Positions 30,395-40,518 are shown, counted from the first letter of the stretch. The stretch is DNA of 64,000 bases from an uncultured Clostridia bacterium (GCA_934154805.1 CAKPGM010000001.1:6177-70176), one strand, 5' to 3'. Program-made: numbers and translations. Notes: generated by a model not told the origin, from the sequence alone.

Positions 30395-30857
30395 ACCTCT
30401 ATTAGTTCATTTTAAGCTAAATAAACAATGGCTTAATATTTATTTATATTATGTATTTATCTATATGATTTATCTATAAAATCACCTCCTGTATATATTT
30501 TGGTAAAGTGTCTATATTACTTATAAAGTGGGGTTAAAGCTTTTAAGTAATATTTCTCCATTTCATATGTTCATTATTATTTTTTCTTTGGATTTCTTCG
30601 AATTAAATCACTTTGATATCGAGAATTCTCTCTATACTACAGAATGTAAAATTCTAGATTAAGATAAACTTGTACAAATTTTAAAAATAAATGTTTTATA
30701 AAACTGTATATATAATATCATCAAACGTGCTATTTATCAAGCTTTTTCGTATGTGCTTTTTCTACACTTTTTACCAATTTTACATTCAAAACACTATTCT
30801 TACTTAATTATTTTTCTCTTTCGACCTTCTTTTTACCCATTTGTCGAATAATCACCA

Positions 30858-30886
30858 TTGAATTTTATTAGAAAATGCTGTATAAT
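30858..30886 (+). promoter_or_regulatory. sigma-A type promoter for the 30910-32951 operon
   Basis: TTGAAT (30858-30863), a 17-nt spacer ending in TG (extended -10), then TATAAT (30881-30886). It lies 24 nt upstream of the ATG at 30910, which is preceded by AAGGAGG. Confidence 0.65.
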
Positions 30887-30909
30887 ATATTAGATTTAAG
30901 GAGGAAACT

Positions 30910-31710
30910 ATGGATAGAATAGCAATATTTTCAGATGTGCATGGTAATATTACAGCATTAAATGCTGTTTTTGATGATATCGCTGCTAGAGGTATTTCTA
31001 GAATTTTTTGTCTTGGAGATAATCTTACAAAGGGTTGTAATCCAGACTTAGTTGTAGATGCCGTTAAAGAAAAATGCGAGGTTATTTTAAAAGGAAATTG
31101 TGATGAAATTATTACTTTACCTCATAATGCCAGTAAAAAATTTTGGACTACGGAGAAAATAGGTCCAGAGCGTGCTAATTTTATACATAATCTACCCGTC
31201 TCTACTGAGTTTTATATGAGTGGCAGACTTATTAGATTATTTCACGCATCTCCTCAAAGTCTTTTTCATATATATAATCCAATGTTTTCTAACGAGATCT
31301 CTGCATATAAAGATGTAGAATTATCTTCTCCTTTAGAATTATTTGAAAATACCGAATTTATTGGAAAAACAGAAAATGATCCTATTCCAGATGTTGTTGG
31401 TTATGGACATATACATACTCCAAATATTGTTCGTTATGGAAATAAATTAATTTTTAATACAGGAAGTGTTGGAACTCCAGTAGAAATGGTTAACAATAAT
31501 AATCCAGATGACAAGACTAATCGCTTTTCTACATTAAGTTCATATATTATATTAGAGGGTAATTATGATTCCAAGGAATTATCTTCGTTCTCTATCAACT
31601 TGGTAAGAGTTCCTTATGATATAGATAAAGAAGTTTCTTATTTAGAAAAATCTGATATGCCTTTCAAAGAGAAGGTTATTGAAGAATTAAGAACTGCAAG
31701 TTCTTTTTAA
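30910..31710 (+). CDS. metallophosphoesterase (calcineurin-like phosphoesterase superfamily)
   Basis: 266 aa: IAIFSDVHGN, CLGD and GHIHTP motifs. Confidence 0.8.
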   Translation: MDRIAIFSDVHGNITALNAVFDDIAARGISRIFCLGDNLTKGCNPDLVVDAVKEKCEVILKGNCDEIITLPHNASKKFWTTEKIGPERANFIHNLPVSTEFYMSGRLIRLFHASPQSLFHIYNPMFSNEISAYKDVELSSPLELFENTEFIGKTENDPIPDVVGYGHIHTPNIVRYGNKLIFNTGSVGTPVEMVNNNNPDDKTNRFSTLSSYIILEGNYDSKELSSFSINLVRVPYDIDKEVSYLEKSDMPFKEKVIEELRTASSF

Positions 31711-31727
31711 AATAATGAGGTGTTATT

Positions 31728-32951
31728 ATGGAAAATGAGCTGTGTAAAGCAAAGGAAATATTAAAAAAATATAATCAAGAACATTTATTGAATTTTTATG
31801 ATGAATTAACAGAAGATGAAAAAAAGATCCTAATTTCACAGATTAACTCTACAGACTTTAATAAGGTTAATAATTATTATAATGAGTCTGTTACTGCTAC
31901 AAATATATCTTCTGATAGAATATCGCCTATACCATACATTGCAAAAGATAAATTATCAAGCGAAGAAATCAGCAATTATACTAAGATTGGCGAGGATTCT
32001 ATAAAAAATGGTGAACTAGCTATAATTACTTTGGCAGGTGGTCAAGGCACACGACTTGGATATAAAGGTCCAAAAGGAACTTACGAAATTGAGGTCCCTC
32101 CAAAAAAATCTCTTTTTGAATTTGCATGTGATAATTTAAAAGAGGTTCAAAATAAATATAATATTTCATTATATTGGTACATAATGACAAGTCCTTCAAA
32201 TGATTTAGCTACTCGAAAGTATTTTGAAGAGCATAATTACTTTGACTATCCTAAAGAAAAAATTAAGTTTTTCGTACAAAATACTTTTCCAATTATAGAT
32301 ACAAATGCAAAAATCATCTTGGAAACTCCATACTCAATAAAGACAGGCTCTAATGGAAATGGAGATGTGTTTAAATCTTTTGCATCTAGTGGATTAATTG
32401 GAGATTTTGATAAAAATAATATCAAATGGATTTTTATTGGCGGGATTGATAATATTCTGTTAAAATTGGCAGATGCCTTATTCTTAGGACTTGCGATTTC
32501 TGGTAACTATCCAATAGCAAGTAAATCTATTAGAAAAACTGATTTTACATCTCCTGAGTGGATTTTTGCAAATGTAGATTCTAAACCAAGTATTGTAAAT
32601 CCAGAAAGTTTATCACCTGATGCTGATTTAAATTTATATAATCAAACTAATATGTTAGCGCACTTGTTTACAGCAGATGCTTTCATAAAATTAGTAACTG
32701 TCCCTCTGCCTTATCATAGAGCTTTTAAGAAAAATGTTTTTATAAACTCAGAAGGTATGAAAGAAGTTCCTTTAAGGCCTAACTCTTTTAAGTTTGAAAA
32801 ATTTATTTTCGATTCTTTCAGATTTTTTGATAAACTTCTTCTATTAGAAGTTCAGCCAAACGAAGAGTTTGCACCAATAAAAGCTTTTACAGGAAACGAA
32901 ACTCCTGAAACAGCATTGGAATTATATAAAAAATATTATAATTTAGAGTAA
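31728..32951 (+). CDS. UDPGP type 1 family (UAP-like) UDP-sugar pyrophosphorylase
   Basis: 407 aa with LAGGQGTRLGYKGPKGT, the nucleotide-binding signature of the UDP-GlcNAc / UTP-hexose-1-P uridylyltransferase family. Confidence 0.75.
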   Translation: MENELCKAKEILKKYNQEHLLNFYDELTEDEKKILISQINSTDFNKVNNYYNESVTATNISSDRISPIPYIAKDKLSSEEISNYTKIGEDSIKNGELAIITLAGGQGTRLGYKGPKGTYEIEVPPKKSLFEFACDNLKEVQNKYNISLYWYIMTSPSNDLATRKYFEEHNYFDYPKEKIKFFVQNTFPIIDTNAKIILETPYSIKTGSNGNGDVFKSFASSGLIGDFDKNNIKWIFIGGIDNILLKLADALFLGLAISGNYPIASKSIRKTDFTSPEWIFANVDSKPSIVNPESLSPDADLNLYNQTNMLAHLFTADAFIKLVTVPLPYHRAFKKNVFINSEGMKEVPLRPNSFKFEKFIFDSFRFFDKLLLLEVQPNEEFAPIKAFTGNETPETALELYKKYYNLE

Positions 32952-32975
32952 CACTTTTTTATATTTTGAATATTA

Positions 32976-33012
32976 TATAATACTATTATTTTTAATAGTA
33001 TTATATTTTTTA
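32976..33012 (+). terminator. AT-rich intrinsic terminator after the UDPGP gene
   Basis: A 13-bp perfect stem (tataatactatta 32976-32988 / taatagtattata 32993-33005) with a tttt loop, followed by a T-run. Confidence 0.5.
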
Positions 33013-33041
33013 TTTATGAATATATTTTAGTGGAGGGTTTT

Positions 33042-33203
33042 ATGGCTAATATGGATTTTAATGAACTTATGAAGATGATTTCTAAGATGGATAAAAAGGA
33101 GCTTGAAACAAAGATGAATCAAGTTTCTCAAATGTTAAATTCTAAAACGCCAGAAGAAATTATGAAAGAAATAAAAGAAAATACTAATAACAAAAATTAC
33201 TAG
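33042..33203 (+). CDS. small hypothetical protein (53 aa)
   Basis: Below the ORF-track cut-off. The ATG at 33042 follows TGGAGGG. Translation: MANMDFNELMKMISKMDKKELETKMNQVSQMLNSKTPEEIMKEIKENTNNKNY. Confidence 0.45.
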   Translation: MANMDFNELMKMISKMDKKELETKMNQVSQMLNSKTPEEIMKEIKENTNNKNY

Positions 33204-33234
33204 TATTTTGTTTGTGTTCTAGGTGGTGAAATAT

Positions 33235-33606
33235 ATGGCTGATATGTCTGAAATGTTAAAAAACTTTTCATCAATGATGGATGGTAAGGAAATTCCTGAT
33301 AATATAAAAGAAATGTTGAACTCTTTGTCAAATAATACTAATAACTCAAATTCAGAAACAAGTACTAGGTCTGATTCATCTAGCAATCCCGGTATAGATA
33401 TGGAGACTATGATGAAAATGCAAAAAATTATGAGTGCAATGAATAGTTCGTCTAACAATTCAGGGGCTAATTTATTACGCTCTCTAAAGCCGTATTTGAA
33501 TCCTAGCAGACAAGCAAAAGTAGATGAGTATATTCAATTGTTTAATATTGAGAAGGTTATTAATTTAATGAATCAATCTGGTGGTGACACGAAAAATGAT
33601 AGCTGA
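33235..33606 (+). CDS. hypothetical protein with low-complexity S/N middle region
   Basis: The track ORF is 33223-33606 (GTG). I prefer the ATG at 33235 after AGGTGGTGA. The C-terminus LLRSLKPYLNPSRQAKVDEYIQLFNIEKVINLM looks like a conserved helical module, but I cannot name a family. Confidence 0.5.
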   Translation: MADMSEMLKNFSSMMDGKEIPDNIKEMLNSLSNNTNNSNSETSTRSDSSSNPGIDMETMMKMQKIMSAMNSSSNNSGANLLRSLKPYLNPSRQAKVDEYIQLFNIEKVINLMNQSGGDTKNDS

Positions 33607-34045
33607 TTATCCTTATTTTGGTTTTCCTAATTATATAAGACATATGAATTCCGGACTTTGTCCTCCTAGCGCATCAAAAATTATGCCTAATACTGCAGAA
33701 TTTTCTAACAGAGATTATTCTAGAAGGAATTTTTCTAATAAAGGTTATCCTAATTCTGTGAAGAATACACAAAATAGCAGACCAAATTATCAGTTTTTTA
33801 ATACTGCTACTCAATTTAAGTCTGCACCTTTTAATAGGCAAAGAAGGAATTATTCTATAAATCACATTCCAGTTAATACAAAAAAAGAGAAACATCAATC
33901 TGATAATGTTCCTGTATTTAATCTTTTAGGAATTAATCTTTATTTTGATGATGTTCTTCTTATTTTGGTAATATTCTTTTTGTATAATGAGAATGTAAAC
34001 GATCCTTATTTGTTTATTACTCTTATTTTATTGCTATTGACTTAA
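33581..34045 (+). CDS. hypothetical protein with C-terminal TM helix (start uncertain)
   Basis: A 154-aa track ORF overlapping the previous gene. An internal ATG at 33596 is possible. The body is N/R/S/F-rich, and the C-terminus is DVLLILVIFFLYNENVNDPYLFITLILLLL. Confidence 0.4.
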   Translation: MVTRKMIADYPYFGFPNYIRHMNSGLCPPSASKIMPNTAEFSNRDYSRRNFSNKGYPNSVKNTQNSRPNYQFFNTATQFKSAPFNRQRRNYSINHIPVNTKKEKHQSDNVPVFNLLGINLYFDDVLLILVIFFLYNENVNDPYLFITLILLLLT

Positions 34046-34106
34046 ATTATAACAGAAGTATACATATATCATATACTTCTGTTTTTAATAGATCTCACAA
34101 TTATTT

Positions 34107-34721
34107 TTATTGCATCTCTAAGCTTCCTTTTTCATCTAAGAACGCATAAGTTTTGTTATCTTCTTGTATTTCCTCTTTCTCTCTTTCTTTTATAACATTA
34201 GCAATTCTTAACTGTGGAGCATCTATTGAAGATGCAGCTATTATTGCATTTTTATTTCCTTTTGCTCCTGCATGTGCTAATCCTCTTAGTGCTCCTAAGA
34301 TTACAATATTATCTCCTGCTATAACTTCTGCTCCATCATTGACGTCTCCCATTATAACTAAGCTTCCCTCAAATTCAATTTTTTGTCCAGATCTTACTGC
34401 TCCTCTGTGAAATTTTGTTTCAGAAATTGCAATTTCTTTATTATATGTTTTAACTATCCCGTGAAGACCTAATGTTCTTGGACTTTCAAACTTTATTTTT
34501 ACATCAATATATTTTTTTATCAAATCTTGAACTTCATCTATTTCTTTGTTTTTTAGTACTTTACCAGTTATTACTATTGGAGTATGCTCTCCTTTGTATA
34601 ATTTTTTTAAATCCGGCATTTTCTTCCTTAATGCATACATTATATCTTCTTGTGAAGCTTCCTCATTTAGTCTTATTGTAATGTTATCTTTTTTTAAATT
34701 AATACTTATACTACTTCTCAT
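34107..34721 (-). CDS. minC: septum site-determining protein MinC
   Basis: 204 aa. The C-terminal beta-helix motif is GAVRSGQKIEFEGSLVIMGDVNDGAEVIAGDNIVILGALRGLAHAG. Confidence 0.85.
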   Translation of the reverse strand: MRSSISINLKKDNITIRLNEEASQEDIMYALRKKMPDLKKLYKGEHTPIVITGKVLKNKEIDEVQDLIKKYIDVKIKFESPRTLGLHGIVKTYNKEIAISETKFHRGAVRSGQKIEFEGSLVIMGDVNDGAEVIAGDNIVILGALRGLAHAGAKGNKNAIIAASSIDAPQLRIANVIKEREKEEIQEDNKTYAFLDEKGSLEMQ

Positions 34722-34735
34722 TTTTTCTACATCCT

Positions 34736-36826
34736 TTAATTTATTATTTGAATCGTTGGAATTGCCTGTGTATCCTCATATACTTGTAATGTATTCATTC
34801 CAAAATATTGTGCTATTATATCTCTTGCAACTTCTGCAGTGTATCCACCGCTTCCTCCGTTTCTTACAAATACTACTATTGCTATTTCCGGATTATCAAA
34901 TGGTGCAAATCCCACAAACCACGCATTAGTTTTGCCTTCAACACCTGTTTGAGCTGAACCAGTCTTACCTCCTACTTCTATATCAAAATCTCTAAAAGTA
35001 GAATATGCTGTTCCGCCTGATTCGCTAGTAACACCTCTCATACCTTCTAAAATAGCTTGTATGTTTTCTTCGTTAAAGTTCATTTCTTCTGTATCATCAG
35101 CTGTTAATCCTAATTTTTCGCTTACTTTACTTTCGTATTCATTTCTTGGAACTTCACTTCCATCAGGTCTTATTATAGACTTTACAACAGTAATGTCTAG
35201 TTTTCTTCCTCTATTTGCAATCATTCCAACATATTTTGCCATTTGTAATGGAGTAAATGTATTATAGCTTTGTCCTATCGCAGCAGATATTGTTTCTCCT
35301 GGATTCCAAGCTCTATTTTCTTGTCTTGCAATTTCATTGCTTGCTAGTACTCCTGGTATTTCTCCTTTTAATTCAATTCCCGTCTTATGTCCTAAACCTA
35401 AATAATATGAATATTTTGCTAAATTGTCTATTCCAACTCTATCTCCGACTTCATAAAAGAAATAGTTACAAGAACGTTCTATTGCATTTGATACATCTAA
35501 GTATCCGTGTCCTCTTGTGTACCAACATTTCCAACTACTATTATATTTTCTATAAACACCTGTATCTCTGATTTTCTCTTTAGTTGTTATTGCTCCTGTT
35601 TCAAGTCCTGCAAGTGCTGTTACCATTTTATATGTAGAACCAGGCGAATACATTGCTGATATTGCTTTGTTCTCTAATGGTTTAGTGTCTCCATTTATAT
35701 AATAATTCCAAGTGTTATTGTCTATTCCATTTACAAATGCTGAAGGATCATAATCAGGATAACTAGCCATTGCTAGTACCTCTCCTGTTTTTACATTTAG
35801 TACTACTGCTGCTCCTGCATCAGCTGGACTCGTTTTCGAAAACGCTCCTCCTGCAATTCGTTCAATATTACTCTTCAAAGCTTGTTCTGTAACAGCTTGT
35901 AATTTAGAATCTATTGTTAAAATTACGTCATTACCAGCAACCGCTTCTTGAGAAATATATTCATTGGTTATAGTTCCTTCCACATCCATATCAATTTGCT
36001 TAATACCATTTTGTCCTTTTAAGTACTCCTCAAACACATACTCAATTCCAGATTTTCCTATTATATCGTTTTGGTCATATGTATCTTCGTTTCCTTTAAG
36101 TTCTTCTTCCTCTATTCTTCCAATTCTTCCTATAATATGTGAAGCAGTATTTCCTAAAGGATATACTCTTTTAGGTTCTTCCACTACTTCGACTCCCGAG
36201 AACTCTGAACTTCTTTCTTTTATCTCTAACAACGTGTTCCTACTTATGTTTTCTGCTATTTGTATAGATTTCGTATTACTATATCCTTGATAAGATATTT
36301 CGTATCTTATAGATATTATTTTTCTGGCATCTTCAACATTTTCTTCTGTTACTTCATATTTATTTCTAAAATAATTAAATACTTCTTCTGCTGTTGCATT
36401 TTCATCTATATTATTAGCTTTTTTCCACTTTCTTTGCGATTCTTCTTCTGTTAATTTAAATCTATATGGATTAACATCTACAAGGAAATTATCCACATAT
36501 TTGTCACCATTTTTGGATAACAAATTTATCAGTCTTAATATTGTTTCATTTAGTGTTTGATTGCTAACTTTTGTTTTATATAAAACTATTGTGTCTTGTG
36601 ATTCTACCCTTGCAAGTGATGTTCCTGAGCTGTCTTTTATGTTTCCTCTATCTGCTTTTAAAATACTTTCCCTTGTAAGTCTTACATTTGAAGTTTCTCT
36701 GTATTCTGCCCCATGTATAATCTGCAAATTAAATAGCTGAGCTAATAGTGCAATTCCTATTAAGTATACAAAAATGGTTATAACATTGTATCTTATTCTA
36801 TTATTTTTGTCTTTTCCTTTTCCCAA
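34736..36826 (-). CDS. mrdA: penicillin-binding protein 2 (elongation-specific class B transpeptidase)
   Basis: 696 aa with an N-terminal TM and the SxxK (SPGSTYK), SxN (SCN) and KTG (KTGSAQ) motifs. It lies downstream of mreBCD. Confidence 0.85.
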   Translation of the reverse strand: MGKGKDKNNRIRYNVITIFVYLIGIALLAQLFNLQIIHGAEYRETSNVRLTRESILKADRGNIKDSSGTSLARVESQDTIVLYKTKVSNQTLNETILRLINLLSKNGDKYVDNFLVDVNPYRFKLTEEESQRKWKKANNIDENATAEEVFNYFRNKYEVTEENVEDARKIISIRYEISYQGYSNTKSIQIAENISRNTLLEIKERSSEFSGVEVVEEPKRVYPLGNTASHIIGRIGRIEEEELKGNEDTYDQNDIIGKSGIEYVFEEYLKGQNGIKQIDMDVEGTITNEYISQEAVAGNDVILTIDSKLQAVTEQALKSNIERIAGGAFSKTSPADAGAAVVLNVKTGEVLAMASYPDYDPSAFVNGIDNNTWNYYINGDTKPLENKAISAMYSPGSTYKMVTALAGLETGAITTKEKIRDTGVYRKYNSSWKCWYTRGHGYLDVSNAIERSCNYFFYEVGDRVGIDNLAKYSYYLGLGHKTGIELKGEIPGVLASNEIARQENRAWNPGETISAAIGQSYNTFTPLQMAKYVGMIANRGRKLDITVVKSIIRPDGSEVPRNEYESKVSEKLGLTADDTEEMNFNEENIQAILEGMRGVTSESGGTAYSTFRDFDIEVGGKTGSAQTGVEGKTNAWFVGFAPFDNPEIAIVVFVRNGGSGGYTAEVARDIIAQYFGMNTLQVYEDTQAIPTIQIIN

Positions 36827-36843
36827 TAGCTCACCTTCTTCTT

Positions 36844-37377
36844 TTAAAAATATCTTGTTAATATAAATTTATCGTCAAATAAATTTTCTAGATAATATCC
36901 TGCCTTTTTTATTATTGGATATATTATTATTGTTATTAATTCATTAAATACTAATTCTACTAGCAATATCTTTAAGAATGCTAATATTTCTATGTCTGCA
37001 CTAGTTCTTAACATTGTTAATAGATATACAGCTAATTCATATAACGCAGTTGTTCCCAGAACCATTAAGCATACTATAAATCTACTATCTTTAGAGAAGT
37101 TTTTACTCAAAATTTCTCCAAGCATTCCAATTACTCCTAGTACTAGTGCTGATATTCCTACTGTCTTTCCTAGTACAATGTCTAGATATAGTCCAAATCC
37201 AAGACCACATATAAGTCCTGCTTTTCTTTTTACGAATAATCCTATAAACAATACTAAGATAACGTAAATGTTCGGCATTATTCCTGCTATATTAAACCAT
37301 ATAAAGAAGTTGGATTGTAGAAAATATATTATGAAAAATGTTAATATTAAAAATACTATTGCAAGTGGTTTTTTCAT
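36844..37377 (-). CDS. mreD: rod shape-determining protein MreD
   Basis: 177 aa, polytopic, directly after mreC. Confidence 0.75.
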   Translation of the reverse strand: MKKPLAIVFLILTFFIIYFLQSNFFIWFNIAGIMPNIYVILVLFIGLFVKRKAGLICGLGFGLYLDIVLGKTVGISALVLGVIGMLGEILSKNFSKDSRFIVCLMVLGTTALYELAVYLLTMLRTSADIEILAFLKILLVELVFNELITIIIYPIIKKAGYYLENLFDDKFILTRYF

Positions 37378-37391
37378 CTTATCCTTCCTTT

Positions 37392-38207
37392 TTAATGTAA
37401 TATTACTAATACAGTTTCTAATTTATCAAAATTTACTGCTGGTTCTATTAATATATATCTATTTGTTAGATTTTTTGTTGGAATAACTTGCTTTACATTT
37501 CCTATTGTAATTCCCTTTGGATATATTCCACCAAGTCCTGATGTTTCTACCTTATCCCCCTCTAACAACGTTGCTGTTGTCGAGATATAGCTTCCTTTTA
37601 ACATATCTCTATTTTCTAGATTTCCTTTTACCACAACAGAATCTCTTGCTGTTCCTACAACACTACTTACAGCACTTGAGGTATCTACTAATGTTTGTAC
37701 TTTTGCTGTACTTGCTGTAACAGATATAACATGTCCTACTAATCCCTCATCTGCTATTACTGGTTGATTTACTTGTATTCCGTCTTTTTCTCCTATATTT
37801 ATTACTATAATGTTGCTATAATTTCCTGTACTTTTGTTTATTACATATCCTGGAACAGTGGTATATTCTTTATATTTATCCTTTAGATTGACATACTCTT
37901 TTAATGTTTCGTTTTCTGATTTGATTACCTCTAATTCTCTTAATGATTTTTCTAGTTCACTATTTTTTTCTTTTAGAGTTTTGTTTTCTTCTTTTAATGT
38001 TGTTAAATCTGAAAAAAATGCATCATTTTTCTTTACTTTATTTTTTATATAAGTCATACCATTTTGAACAGGCATAACAAAAGAACTCAAGGCTCCTCCT
38101 ATATGAGAAAAGTCTTCAATTTTTATGTTTGAAATTATTACAATTATAATCAATATAACAACCGTAACTATTATTCCAATTATTCCTGTTTTTTTATTTT
38201 TATACAT
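37392..38207 (-). CDS. mreC: rod shape-determining protein MreC
   Basis: 271 aa: N-terminal TM, a coiled coil (LKEENKTLKEKNSELEKSLRELE), and a beta-rich C-terminus (GLVGHVISV..., GGIYPKGITIG). Confidence 0.85.
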   Translation of the reverse strand: MYKNKKTGIIGIIVTVVILIIIVIISNIKIEDFSHIGGALSSFVMPVQNGMTYIKNKVKKNDAFFSDLTTLKEENKTLKEKNSELEKSLRELEVIKSENETLKEYVNLKDKYKEYTTVPGYVINKSTGNYSNIIVINIGEKDGIQVNQPVIADEGLVGHVISVTASTAKVQTLVDTSSAVSSVVGTARDSVVVKGNLENRDMLKGSYISTTATLLEGDKVETSGLGGIYPKGITIGNVKQVIPTKNLTNRYILIEPAVNFDKLETVLVILH

Positions 38208-38227
38208 TTTCTTCTCCTAGATAAATA

Positions 38228-39256
38228 TTATTTTTTCCTTTTTAATAACGCTGTTCTTAATTTATCCATATCTTCTATTGTTTTGCTTGTACCATTTGCA
38301 ACACAGTCTAGAGGTCTTTCTGCTATATATACCGGTATCTCTGTTTTTTGTGAAATTACCGTATCTATATTTTTTATTAAAGCTCCTCCTCCTGTTAGCA
38401 CTATTCCTCTTTCTATTATGTCAGAAACTAATTCTGGTGGAGTTTTTTCTAGTGTTGATCTTATTAAATCTACTATTCTTTCTATTATTGGTGCCATTGC
38501 TTCTTGTACTTGCTCTGATGTTATAATCTTATTTTCTGGAAGTCCTGTTGTTAGCTCACGTCCTCTTATTTCCATTGACTTTTGTGTTACTAATGGCATT
38601 GCACAGCCTAATTCTAACTTAACTTGTTCAGCTGTTGTATAACCTATTGCTAAGTTTAAATTATTTTTTGTGTAGTTTATTATCTCATCATCAATTGCAT
38701 CTCCAGCGATTTTTATAGAATCACTTACGACAATTCCACCAAGTGAAATTACTGCAACTTCTGTTGTTCCTGCGCCTATATCAACAACCATATTACCTGT
38801 TGGTTCTGCAACATCAAGTCCAGCTCCAATAGCTGCTGCCATTGGTTCTTCTATTAAAAATACTTCTCTCGCTCCTGCTTGTGAAACGGCTTCTTCTACT
38901 GCTCTTTCTTCCACCTCAGTTATTCCAGAAGGAACTCCAACTACGACTCTTGGTCTGCCAGCATTATATCTCTTACATACCTTTGTTATAATGTTTTTTA
39001 TCATTAATTGGGTTGCTGTAAAATCTGCAATAACGCCATCTTTCATTGGCCTTACTGCTCTAATTTGCTCAGGAGTTCTTCCTATCATTTCTTTAGCTTC
39101 GTGTCCTGTAGCTACTATTTCATTATTCTGTCTTTTAATTGCCACAACTGCAGGCTCATTTAAAACTATTCCTTTTCCTTTTATTGTTAATAAAATATTC
39201 GATGTTCCTAGGTCCATTCCTATATCTTTTGACCCTACTAATGAAAAAATACCCAT
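38228..39256 (-). CDS. mreB: rod shape-determining protein MreB
   Basis: 342 aa: actin-like ATPase motifs DLGTSN, VDIGAGTTEVAV and LTGGGALIKN. Confidence 0.95.
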   Translation of the reverse strand: MGIFSLVGSKDIGMDLGTSNILLTIKGKGIVLNEPAVVAIKRQNNEIVATGHEAKEMIGRTPEQIRAVRPMKDGVIADFTATQLMIKNIITKVCKRYNAGRPRVVVGVPSGITEVEERAVEEAVSQAGAREVFLIEEPMAAAIGAGLDVAEPTGNMVVDIGAGTTEVAVISLGGIVVSDSIKIAGDAIDDEIINYTKNNLNLAIGYTTAEQVKLELGCAMPLVTQKSMEIRGRELTTGLPENKIITSEQVQEAMAPIIERIVDLIRSTLEKTPPELVSDIIERGIVLTGGGALIKNIDTVISQKTEIPVYIAERPLDCVANGTSKTIEDMDKLRTALLKRKK

Positions 39257-39951
39257 TATTCTTTTCCTATCCTTTCCAATCTAAAAATACTCTCATATCT
39301 ATCATTTGCAATTATTATGTGATCTATAAATTCTATTCCCAACTGACAGGTTATGTTATATAATTTTCTTGTTAACTGTATGTCTTGTTGACTTGGCAGT
39401 GTACTTCCAGCTGGATGATTATGTACTAATATGATTTTCGAAGCTCCTATTTTTATAGGTTCTGCCAATATATCTTTTAAGTCTATTGCTATAAAGCTAG
39501 TCCCACCTTGTGAAACATCTATAATTTTTAGCAATATATTTCTTGTATTTAAAGCTAATACTTTTAGTTTTTCTCTCTTTTCATATCTCATTTCATTTGT
39601 TAATAATTGATATACATCATATGGACGATTTATCTTTATTACTTCTTTATTTATTGGTCTTGCCATTCTTTTGTTTAGTTCGCATATAGCTTTAATTTGT
39701 ATAGCTTTTACTATTCCTATACCCTTTATCTTTGTTAAATCCTCTATTGAAACATCTTGCAAAAATTGTATATTCTCCTTGCCGTTTGTTTCTATAGATA
39801 AAACTTCTTGTGCAAGCTCTACTGATGTTTTTTCTTTTGTCCCTGTTTTTATTATTATTCCCAATAACTCAGAATTTGATAAATTTTCTATTCCATACAT
39901 TTGTGCTTTTTCGTAGGGCCTTTCTAATGTTGGTAGTTTTTTTATTGTCAA
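39256..39951 (-). CDS. radC: RadC-family JAB-domain protein
   Basis: 231 aa with a helix-hairpin-helix segment (KIKGIGIVKAIQI) and the JAMM motif HNHPAGSTLPSQQD. Confidence 0.85.
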   Translation of the reverse strand: MTIKKLPTLERPYEKAQMYGIENLSNSELLGIIIKTGTKEKTSVELAQEVLSIETNGKENIQFLQDVSIEDLTKIKGIGIVKAIQIKAICELNKRMARPINKEVIKINRPYDVYQLLTNEMRYEKREKLKVLALNTRNILLKIIDVSQGGTSFIAIDLKDILAEPIKIGASKIILVHNHPAGSTLPSQQDIQLTRKLYNITCQLGIEFIDHIIIANDRYESIFRLERIGKE

Positions 39952-39973
39952 TTCAATTCCTTTCTACCACTGT

Positions 39974-40228
39974 CTATAAAGCTTTTCTATATATTATCAT
40001 AGATATAATTACTCCTATTATGCTTGCTATATTTATTTTAAAGATTACTGCAAAAGTTAATCTTACAACTCCTAAGTCTAGTTGTAATGGTTCTGTTAGT
40101 CCAAATTCTTGTCCATAAGATAACCACCATAAGAAATTAACACCTTCTGTTAATTGTCCTATTAGTCCTCCTATTACAAGTCCTGCTAAAATAAATAATA
40201 CACATACCCAAGTACTTTTGTTTTTCAT
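39974..40228 (-). CDS. DUF4321-family small membrane protein
   Basis: 84 aa with two hydrophobic segments: CVLFILAGLVIGGLIGQL... and ...INIASIIGVIISMIIY. It occupies the usual position upstream of radC/mreB. Confidence 0.6.
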   Translation of the reverse strand: MKNKSTWVCVLFILAGLVIGGLIGQLTEGVNFLWWLSYGQEFGLTEPLQLDLGVVRLTFAVIFKINIASIIGVIISMIIYRKAL

Positions 40229-40518
40229 CTTAATTCCTCCTATGTTACTTTATAATCTTACGGAAATGCTGTTTAAAACACTTTTACCTCTTGTATTATA
40301 TATTGAAAAGTACTTTTTTTCAATACTTATACCGAAATATATTTTTTTATTTTTGCCATTTTTCGCTTTATTTTTTTATTATTATATGATATATTATCAA
40401 TTACACTTTTCCGATTTGAGTAATATAATATATTGAGTATCGTTTTTTCCAAATTTTACTCATTCCAATACTTGTATTTTAGTAGTATAATATAAGTATA
40501 CACTTAGGGAGGTATCTA

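Noticed and set aside
30395-30700. TPP riboswitch, T-box or preQ1 aptamer upstream of the ABC importer
   Set aside because: None of the hallmark motifs is present on the minus strand: CUGAGA / ACCUGAUCUGGAUAAUGCCAGCG for TPP, the AGAGA box plus T-box sequence, or the preQ1 CCC...AAAAAACUA tail. Only the terminator is solid.
33219-33458. Minus-strand 79-aa ORF overlapping the 33235-33606 gene
   Set aside because: It is antisense to an ORF that has a proper SD, and it has a low-complexity hydrophobic translation and no SD.
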